NCBI GenBank assembly: GCA_951406725.2
Contig: OX597829.1
Span: 29,078,001 to 29,142,000, forward strand
Length of the DNA: 64,000 nucleotides
Direction of reading: 5' to 3'
Origin: Octopus vulgaris
Lineage: Eukaryota
The position numbers were made by a program, and so were the translations under genes. Shown piece by piece: positions 54,174 through 64,000 of this stretch. Under the pieces are notes generated by a model. It saw only the letters and a program-made list of their open reading frames with translations. It was not told the DNA's origin and did not search any database. The stretch's first letter is position 1. Each line of letters starts with the position of its first letter.

Positions 54174-55832
54174 GTAAATACATATATACATATAAAGATA
54201 TACATATAAATACATAACTGTATGTACATATTCATGACATACATGTATGAGATGGTGTATTAGGTGAGTAACCTGAAAACATAGTAGTCAATGTATGAAC
54301 ATGATTGAAACTGGAGAGTTATTGCCTTTGTTACTTTTTTACTCTTTTACTTGTTTCAGTCATTTGACTGCGGCCATGCTGGAGCGCCGCCTTTTTTTAG
54401 TCGAGCAAATCAACCCCAGGACTTATTCTTTGTAAGCCTAGTACTTATTCTATCAGTCTCTTTTGCCGAACCACTAAGTTACAGGGATGTAAACACACCA
54501 ACATCTGTTGTTAAGTGATGTTGTGGTGACAAACACAGACACAGAAACACACACATATATATATACATATACATATATACAATGGGCTTCTTTCAGTTTC
54601 TGTCTACCAAATCCACTCACAAGGCTTTGGTCAGCCCGAGGCTATAGTAGAAGACACTTTGTCCAAGGTGCCACACAGTGGGACTGAACCCAGAATCATA
54701 TGGTTGGTAAACAAGCTACTTACCACAGCCCCTCCTGTGCCGATAATTTGTTGGTAATATAGATATTTGTTTTTGGTTTTTTTTTCTGTTAAAGAGATGC
54801 CTAGTTTGTACAATGCTTTTACAGAATCTGCAATGCTTCTTGGTAACATAACATGAACCTTGAGTGCACAAAGGATTTGAAAAGATTAGAAAGAAATGAA
54901 ACGAGCATGCTCTTCTGGATGTGTAATGTTAGTTTACTTGAGTATGATAGCACAAATGAGCTGAGATGAAAACTGGATGTATGGTGTGCAAGAAAAATGA
55001 CTGCACTGGAGTAGGCATGAGATGCATATGGAAGACATCAACTGTATAAAATATTGCTTAAAATGTGGTTGGAACATTGTTTCCTTACTTTTTGATCTAT
55101 CTACAGATTTATGATACTACAACTGTCCATACATGTGTCGCCAGTTGTCACTTCCCACCTCCAGAGCCACTTCTGTCTTTCTTACTCCTCCTCCCATACT
55201 GATACTTAACATAAACCATACCATTCACATTGTTATTCATTTACTACATCAATCTCTAGCCACTTCTCTAATCATCTGTCACTTTCCTCCCACACTCTTA
55301 TGAAAGTACCTACCCTTTCCTTCCCTCCTGATCTACTGTTGATATTCTCTCTTCTACATACCTTCTTGTACCCTGAGAGTATTCTCTGGCACCCTGTCTC
55401 CAAAGTCTTTATGGCTCTTTCAGCCTATCTCACCCACCCTTGTATAATCTTATATAATATGGAGTTGTCATGTACCTCTTCAATGGCAAGGCCCTTGTAT
55501 TTGTCCCTCTACAACACTTTAGACTTCAACAACTGACATAAAGCCACCTCTCCTCCCCCCACAAATACCTTCCACCAAGTCGAGGAGATCTTTTCTTTTT
55601 TTTTTTTCCTCTCTTGTAAGTTACTTGTCTTGTAAGTTACTTGGCAACCCCACTGGCGCCAGTGGCACGAAAAAGGCACTCGTTACATATTGTGAAGTAA
55701 TTGGCATTAGGAAGGGCATCCAGCCATAGAAGCCATGCCAAAGCTGATGTTGGGGCTTTGTGTAGCTCTGTAGTTCACCAGATGCTGTCAAATAGTCCAA
55801 CCCACATCGGCATAGAAGACACGTTAAATGAT

Positions 55833-55883
<51 letters not shown>

Positions 55884-55885
<2 letters not shown>

Positions 55886-56045
55886 CTTTATTTAAAGCAG
55901 TGGAAAATTCAACAAAACCTGTTACTCTAAGTTTCACGTTCCCGTTCGTCGGACAGTTTTTGCTAGAAAAAACTGTCCGACGAACGGGAACGTGAAACTT
56001 AGAGTAACAGGTTTTGTTGAATTTTCCGCTGCTTTAAATAAAGTA
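55884..56045. repeat. Near-perfect 78-bp-arm palindrome with a hammerhead motif in each arm
   Basis: Arms 55884-55961 and 55967-56045 differ at one position; the loop is gctag. The HHR at 55973-56010(+) reads ctgt-CCGACGA-acg ggaa cgt-GAAA-cttagag-TA-acag and is mirrored at 55919-55956(-). Confidence 0.85.
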
Positions 56046-56418
56046 TATTACTCTACCACTGGTATTTGAGTACTCTTTTTTCCACCTTGTTTCACATTTA
56101 TGTGTTTACTCTGGTATATATATATATATACATGTTTGTATGTATGTATGTATGTATGTATGTATGTATGTATGTATGTATGTATGTGGTTACCGATGAT
56201 GTTGATTTGTTCTTCTTTTCAGATTATGGCTGCTGTTGCTTAGTGGGTGGGATTGACTCAGTGCACAGCCTTTCCTCACTTTAAAAAAAAAATCTTCTTG
56301 CACAGGCATTGCACGATAACAACATTGATTAAGCTTCGTGCAATGGCCATACTCGATAGCGAGGGAGCAGCCACCATGTATGTATGTATGCATGTATGCA
56401 TATATATCTTAATATATA

Positions 56419-57710
56419 CGAGGGACGTTCAATAAGTAATGCCCCTGATCCACTTCTCATAGCAGTAGAGCAACGAAACTTGGCACAGGTATTAGTCTTT
56501 TTCTACATAGGAAAAAACCAAAGTTACGCATTTCTCCCATCGTTTGATGCAGCTCTGGAGACCGTTTTCGTAGAAGACCCCAGCTTGGTCCTCCAACCAC
56601 GACGTGACTTCAGAAATCAAGGCTGCATCATCTGGGAAACGCTTTCCTTTCAAAAACAACTTCATGGCTGGAAAGAGGTGAAAATCAGAGGGTGCAAGGT
56701 CAGGAGAGTAGGGGGATGGGGGAAGAGTTCATAGCCGCACGCCTGTGCTTCTGATCTGGCGACACGCGAGTTGTGAACCGGAGCGTTGTCCTGCAAGAGG
56801 AGGATGCCTTTGCTGATCTTGCCCCGCCTCTTGGTTTTGATAGCTTCTCTTAATTTCCTCAAAAGTGAAGCATGATAGGCTCCTGTAATTGTGGTACCCT
56901 TTGCTAGGAAATCTGTCATCACTACTCCGTCCTGGTCCCAGAAGACTGTGAGCATGACCTTGCCAGCGGAGGGCTGCACCCTTGCCTTCTTTGGAGGAGG
57001 TGAGTCATGGTGCTTCAACTGCATTGACTGGGCTTTGGTCTCTGGATCATAGTGATGAACCCAGGTCTCATCCTGTGTAATCAGTCTTTAGAAAAATTTT
57101 GACTCATCTTCTTGGCACATCCCTAAATTCATCCTCGAGCACTCGACGCGTTCTTGCTTCTGGAAAAGTGTGAGCAACCTGGGAATACATCTGGCAGACA
57201 CCTTTTGCATATGCAAATGGTCATGAATGATAGTTTCCACAGACCCGGTACTAATCTTGACCTCATGGGCTATTTGGCGAATAGTTATGCGTCGATCTTT
57301 CAAAATGGCAGCCTCAACTTGACGGACAGATGCCTCATCAATGGCAGAAGGGGTGCGACCAGATCTGGGAGCTGTTTCCACAGAGTTCCGACCGTGTTTG
57401 AATTCACGATGCCAGCATTTTACAAGGTCATATGATGGGGCATCATCACCATAAGTTACTTTCATTTCATCAAAAGTCTCCTGTGGTGTGCGTCATTTCA
57501 AATACAAAAACCGGATCACTGCTCGACACTCAACAGGCTCCATTTCCCACCTGACTCATTTCAAACACATGTAAATCAGAAACCACAGTTAGTTCGGAGC
57601 TGTAATTTGCCACTTAATCTATAGAGATATAAATAATTGCACATGCAAAATTTCAGCTAGATCAAACAACAGCAAGTGGGTCAGAGGCAATACTTATTGA
57701 ACGCCCCTCA
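56419..57710 (-). mobile_element. Mariner (DD34D) transposon, full length, frameshifted
   Basis: Same TIRs and family as 13000-14240, 1292 bp with TA flanks. It retains LITQDETWVHHYDP and QDNAPVH, but the transposase is split across frames. Confidence 0.95.
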
Positions 57711-57736
57711 TATATAGATATAGATAGAGATATATA

Positions 57737-57770
<34 letters not shown>

Positions 57771-57851
57771 TATCAATTGAAGTGTACAGTATTATATATT
57801 TATTATGGCCAGCCTCACTAATCAGTTTCACACTAGGGGTTCATAACTCAC

Positions 57852-57934
57852 ATCTCTGAAGAGCACGGCATTACATAATCGGATTGTTACCTAACACTCT
57901 GTTGAACCTCTTGTGTGAAACCGATTGGTAAGAT
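57852..57934 (+). ncRNA. Type I hammerhead ribozyme motif
   Basis: atct-CTGAAGA-gcac...gtgt-GAAA-ccgattgg-TA-agat. An inverted copy of its 3' part lies upstream (57773-57843 versus 57903-57975). Confidence 0.8.
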
Positions 57935-58103
57935 TGGTCATAATGGATATATAATACTGTACACTTCAATTCATATACCCACTCTACTGATAGATATACA
58001 AGTAGTGTTTTTTCTGATTTATAGATTCTCTGATGGTTTTATATGCTAGCGTCATCCAACCCATGCTAGCATGGAAAGCGCGGACATTAAACGATGATGA
58101 TGA

Positions 58104-58192
<89 letters not shown>

Positions 58193-58554
58193 CCTATATG
58201 TATGTATGTATGACGGTGGAGTTATGATTTCAGGAGGACGATTGGGATCACATGGATGACAAAGGCGCAATCCAGAGAGGAGTGGACAGCATGCTGTGAC
58301 CAGCGGTGTCAAATGGACGCCTGACGGACTGGTCGGTCAAGGTCAAGGTCATGGTGATAATCCTATAATAAAAAAAAACTCAAATCCTGTAAATACAGCT
58401 ACCAATAATCTATTCTGCCATTTTTCAAACTGAAAACAACACCATTTGTTAATTACCTTTTGAGCAGTTGCATTTAAGCAAGAGACACTGGTAAAGAAAA
58501 CAAGAAGAAAAACACAAAGGGGATAACCAATATTACAATAATTCGATGTCAAAC

Positions 58555-59155
58555 AGACATAAACAAGATGTTTATGGTTTACTAAGTATCTGGTGGACTA
58601 CTTTTAAATTCCAACAAGATGTATTTCTTGAAATGCAAGCATACATAAAAAAATCTCATTCCTTGAATTTATATATTTGTTAGAGGTTTCCAAGTATTTT
58701 TAAGAGATACAATAGAATCCAAATATACAATAAAATTTTTAACAGGCACAATAAAAGTTACCTTTTCTTGTCCTCCTAATGTTAAGTCATATCAATAAGC
58801 AACCGATGACTCAAGTCTTCCCTGGATGCATATGTAGAGGCAAATCTAAATGTCCTCTAAGACAGGAGTGCAATATATTTTCTGTTGTTTATGAAGCACA
58901 GGTTTCAGCAAACTTCAACAATGGTTGTAACAGATATCAGATGTTATACGAGAGCTGTGCAAGGAAAATTTAAATCCAGATATAACAACCATCTTTTGAA
59001 TTTTTGGTACCATGATGAGAGACATTCAATAACCCTTTTGTCTTTAATCTGGAAACTTAAAGACAAAGGGACCACTTATGACATCAAATGGGAAATCATC
59101 TCCAAATCCAGACCCTGTATTAACAGGTCCAAAAAATGTTCGCTTGAAAAGATGT
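58555..59155 (+). pseudogene. Penelope-like element GIY-YIG endonuclease remnant
   Basis: Reads CICRGKSKCPLRQECNIFSVVYEAQV...FKSRYNNHLLNF...TLLSLIWKLKD...IKWEIISKSRP...KCSL. Confidence 0.8.
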
Positions 59156-59171
59156 ATCAGTCATTAGACTA

Positions 59172-59272
59172 CAGCCATGCTGGGGCACAGCCATGCTGGG
59201 GCACAGCCATGCTGGGGCACAGCCATGCTGGGGCACAGCCATGCTGGGGCACAGCCATGCTGGGGCACAGCC
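59172..59272 (+). repeat. 16-bp minisatellite (cagccatgctggggca x6.3) derived from a family A SINE tail
   Basis: Perfect tandem units that match the SINE motif gccatgctggagcac. Confidence 0.9.
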
Positions 59273-59293
59273 TTGAGATATATGTGGTTGCAT

Positions 59294-59343
<50 letters not shown>

Positions 59344-59651
59344 GTGTATGTGTGTGTGTGCATGTGTGTGTGTAAATATCTTTTATCTTTTATTTGTTCC
59401 GGCAGGGCACAGCTTTGAGGAATATTTTAGTTGATTGTATCAACCCTAGTACTTTTACTTTTTTTTTTAAAGCCTGGTACTTACTCTATCACTCTCTTTT
59501 AACAAACTGCTAAGTTACAGGGATATAAACATATGAAACCAGTTATCAAACATAGATGGGGAACAAACACAGACACAAGTACATTCACAGATGTGCATGT
59601 GTGTATGCATGTGTGAGTATATATACAATGGGCTTCTTTCAGTTTCCATCT

Positions 59652-60590
59652 AAAAATTATTTGGTTTGCCCCTCCCTTTTCCCTTAATATAAAAACTAAC
59701 ATAAGTAAAAGATTCCTGTCTTTCCCAGACAAACACTTTCTAGCAATTCACAGATACAGGAAAATATTTAATAGGCATTCTGTGAAATTATCATATAGCT
59801 TGTTGCCCAGTATGAAGAGTGTCATTACATATCGTTGATACCAATAGCCTAAATCCAGTTGCAACTGTTATAATCCAGGATCCTGTTCACTTGACCAACA
59901 ATGTATGATTAAATCTATCATATATGAGGCAGAAATTACTGCAGCCCTAAATAATAATACAACAGATAGGAAGACCTGTATTGGATTATATGAAGAAGAA
60001 TTTAAAAATTGCTATGCCAGTCACATAGCTTCCTTCTGACATAAGGACAAAAGCAAAGCTACAAAGCTGGCTAACTACATATGGACTTTGAAAGATAACA
60101 AAATACCACATGTGATTAAGTAGAAACTAATTGAGAAATCCATTCTTTATGCTAATGGATTGAATAAATGTAGGCTTTGTTTAACTGAAAGAGCGCAGAT
60201 CCTCTTCAGATCTAATATCTAACTCTCTAGATCAGAAATTTTCAGCAATTGCAAACATATGTATAAATATATTTTGAAGAATTGGAAAATTCCACCTATT
60301 CCCGATTAACTTGTTGATATCTCTCCAGCCTTATAATTTAAGGTCTAAGGAGGATAACTCTTTTACCATTTTACTTTTTACATTTTAGTTTTTATGTTTT
60401 CATTTTCCGTTTTTAACCTTTTGGCACTTTCTCTGTGCTGCCTTCTGAGTTTTTTTTTTGTGTTTCTTCTCTTATTCAATTTTTTTAGTTCACTATGATA
60501 GGTGCTTAAAGAATATAATTGAGCATTTCTCAACACATGAAAGTGTTAGTAGCACTTAAAAGACATGTATTGTGTCCTTTAAATAAATAA
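59652..60590 (+). pseudogene. Second Penelope-like element 3' remnant (linker, GIY-YIG domain and 3' tail)
   Basis: Manual translation gives KIIWFAPPFSLNIKTNISKRF...IFNRHSVKLSYS...CNC...IIYEAEI...TCIG...FKNCYASHIASF...TKLANYIWTLKD...CRLCLTE. The ORF stops at about 60309 and has internal stops. Confidence 0.85.
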
Positions 60591-60596
60591 TATATA

Positions 60597-61746
60597 TTGG
60601 GTCATCCCATAAATAATTCAAAATTAAGATAAACAAAGTTCTTTTTAATCTAAAATATACTCTCCTTCATTTTCTACAATGCTCTTCCATCTATCTGGTA
60701 GACTTGCTAGGCCCTTCCAAAACTCACTTGTCTGTGACAAAAAATACTCCTCCAGTACTGTTCTGACCTTATCTACGCAATTCATATTTTTTCCATCCAA
60801 ATGATTTTTGAAAACTGTGAAATAAATGATAATCAGATGGGGCAATGTCTGGCAAATTTCCCATTCAAACTGCTCCAGCCTTTAGAATGATATCCTCACT
60901 GTATGTGGTTGAGCATTATCCTGATGGAAGAATACCTTTCATCTTGAAACTAAAGATGGTTGTTTTTCTTCTAGCTCTGACTTAAGCACCTCAAACTGCT
61001 CACTTTAGATCTCCTTTGTTATCGTATAGTTTGGGTTCAAAAGTTCAAAGTGGACTAAACCTCTCATAACCCACCAAACATAACACCTTACGTGGGTGAA
61101 GACCTTCTTTAGCCTAGGATGCTGCTGTTTCTCCTTTCTCTACCCACTGTCGTCAGCACTCAACATTTTTATAGAGAACCCATTTCTCATCACCAGTCAC
61201 TATTCAGTTCAAAAATGGTTCATTCTTGAGACGTGACAGCAAAGAAGAGAACACATTCACTCTCTGTGTGCGATTAGATTGTGAGGAACCCATTGACCCA
61301 GTTTGCTGACTTTTCCTGCAGCATGCAGGTGTCGATGAATGGTTGAATGACCAAATCCAAGCATCTCTGCTAGTTCCTCAACAGTTATCTTCCAGGATGA
61401 GGCTCATCTTCTAGGCTGTAGTTTCCAGCTTGGAATTTCTGGAACCATTGTTCACACTGGCTTATGCTTATTGTCCAATCCCTATATACTGCATTAACAT
61501 TCCTCACACTTTCCATTGCATTGTTGCCTTTATTGAAGTCATAAAGCAAAATATGCTGAATATGCTCCTTTGTCAATTCCATTACAGCTTTGAAAAAATC
61601 ACTGTTAAAATCAAACTTCATTCTTCAAAAACTTGCACTAAGAATAAAGAGAAGGTAAAATTACTACCTGCTTTTAAGGCAAATTGGTGCAGGTAGTTTA
61701 TCACATCCCCCTCTGACTTTTAGTTCATTATTTATGGGATAATAAA

Positions 61747-61747
<1 letters not shown>
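60597..61747 (-). mobile_element. Mariner transposon of a second family, degraded
   Basis: Imperfect TIRs sharing atcccataaataa / ttatttatgggat. Reads MELTKEHIQHILLYDFNKG...WFQKFQAGNYSLEDEPHPGR and ends LPDRWKSIVENEGEYILD. Confidence 0.9.
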
Positions 61748-61791
<44 letters not shown>

Positions 61792-62282
61792 CATGGGTGG
61801 GCGTGTGTGTATATATCTATGTGTGTGCGTGTCTTTGTTCTGTGTCTGTCCCACCACTTGGTAACTGGTGTTGGTGTGTTTATGTCCATGTAACAGCAAA
61901 AGAGACTGTTAGAATAAGTACTAGGCTTTAAAAAAGAAAGAAGCCCTGGGGTTGATTGGTGCAACTAAAATTCTTCAAGGCAGTGCTGCAGCATGGCCAC
62001 TGTCAAATAACTGAGACAAGTAAAAGATGAAAGGTAAAAGATATATTTATTCTTTTATTCTTTTACTTGTTTCAGTCATTTGACTGCGACCATGCTGGAG
62101 CACCACCTTAAAGGTTTGTTTTAGTCAAACAAATCAGCCCCAGGACTTATTCTTTGTAAGCCTAGTACTTATTCTATCGGTCTCTTTTGTCAAATTTCTA
62201 AGTTACAGGGACATAAACACACCAGCATCAGTTGTTAAGTGATGGTTGGGGTACAAATACAGACACACACATAAATATATAC

Positions 62283-62338
<56 letters not shown>

Positions 62339-62371
62339 GTATGTATATATATATATATATATATATGTATA

Positions 62372-62452
<81 letters not shown>

Positions 62453-62651
62453 ATATAGGATAAAATTTTTTCGGGAAAAAAATTTTATCAATGGCCATCA
62501 TATCAAAAAAAGCCTTTAAAGGTAAAATTTATACATAATTTACAAAATAAGGACAGAAGAAAAATTCTAATGCCAGAAAAAAAATTCTAAGACTTGGTGC
62601 TTGCTTCTTCCATGGGTATGAATAAGTATTTCATTTATATCTCGCGTATGT

Positions 62652-62708
62652 GCCGCTGAAGAGGGGAAAATTTCTTGTGAATTAACCCCGAAATTGGACC
62701 AATACGGT
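62652..62708 (+). ncRNA. Type I hammerhead ribozyme motif
   Basis: gccg-CTGAAGA-gggg...cccc-GAAA-ttgg a ccaa-TA-cggt. It is flanked by inverted repeats 62547-62577 and 62795-62826, inside the (TA)n tract of a SINE. Confidence 0.85.
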
Positions 62709-63003
62709 AATAACAAATTTTTTTAGAGATTTCTATCGGTTTGTTTCGAGACGCATAAATTTAATGGTTATCAACAATTTTTTGTTTCGCCATATCTGGC
62801 ATTAGAATTTTTCTTCTGCCCTTATCTTGTAAATATATATATATATATATATATACGATGGGTTTCTTTCAGTTTCTGTCTACCAAATCCACTAACAAGG
62901 CCCAAGGCTATAGTAGAAAACACATGCCCAAGGTACCACACAATGGGACTGACTCCAGAATCATGTAGTTTGGAAGCAAGCTTCTTGCCACACAGCCACA
63001 CAG

Positions 63004-63100
<97 letters not shown>

Positions 63101-63142
63101 TAGATATAGATATAGATACAGATATAGATACACACACACATA

Positions 63143-63257
<115 letters not shown>

Positions 63258-63648
63258 GCACACACATATGTGCTCATAGTAGATTATTATCCTTTCAGTT
63301 TTTAATGTATAAGAGTTGTCTGATCAAAAAGGCAACACAATCATTGAATTAATTTATATAGTGGCCAAGTATTCCCCTTAAGGTTTACTGGCTCAAAGCT
63401 AACCCTGGGCTAAACAAGAACAACTTCCTTCACATTATCCCTATACTGCAATGATATAACAACTACACTACATTCACACATTTACCACTACTACTACTAG
63501 TGTCTTAGTGTAGCTGTGGCGATGCTAGTGTTGTAGCCAAAGTGGTGTAGTCGTAGTGATAGTGGCAGCGATAGTGTTGCAGTCATAAGCAGGGTTGTAG
63601 TGATAGTGTTACAATGGTAGTGGTTGGTGGTGGTGGTGGTGGTGGTGG

Positions 63649-63679
<31 letters not shown>

Positions 63680-64000
63680 GGTGGTGGTGGTGGTGGTGTG
63701 CTGGTGGTGCTGGTGGTGGTGCTGGTGGTGCTGGTGGTGCTGGTGGTGCTGGTGGTGCTGGTGATGGTGCTGGTGGTGCTGGTGGTGGTGCTGGTGGTGC
63801 TGGTGGTGCTGCTGATGATGATGATGATGATGATGCTTGTAGTTTGGTGGTGGTTTGGTGATAATGTTGAAAGTTGATGATAGTGTTAGTAATGAAAAAT
63901 GGCAGTGGTGGTGGTGGCGGTGGTGGTGGTGGTGGTGGTGGTGGTGGTGGTGGTGGCGGTGGTGGTGGCGGTGGTGGTGGTGGTGGTGGTGGTGGTGGTG

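Noticed and set aside
56662-57465. SETMAR-like host gene
   Set aside because: There is no SET domain; it is a frameshifted transposase between TIRs.
60483-60555. Possible decayed hammerhead downstream of the PLE ORF
   Set aside because: The position is as expected, but no CUGANGA core is recognisable.

Overview
This is an AT-rich, repeat-saturated animal genomic window. The SINE families and extreme microsatellite load point to an octopus or coleoid cephalopod (inference). I found no intact host protein-coding gene, and nearly all listed ORFs are microsatellite artefacts. The window holds four SINE families, three near-full-length mariner copies plus fragments, an internally deleted Gypsy element and two solo LTRs. 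It also holds RTE, R4-like and Tx1/L1-like LINE remnants, a probable non-autonomous Helitron, piggyBac-like MITEs and Penelope-like (GIY-YIG) remnants. The main hidden signal is about 18 type I hammerhead ribozyme (HHR) motifs from about 11 unrelated short non-coding element families. Most sit in (TA)n tracts, and many have palindromic stem III and inverted duplications of their own tails. Two stand out: a young 533-bp tandem plus inverted HHR repeat (retrozyme-like, 11121-12555) and a tRNA-headed SINE carrying an HHR (two copies). All structures were read by eye and ribozyme activity is untested.
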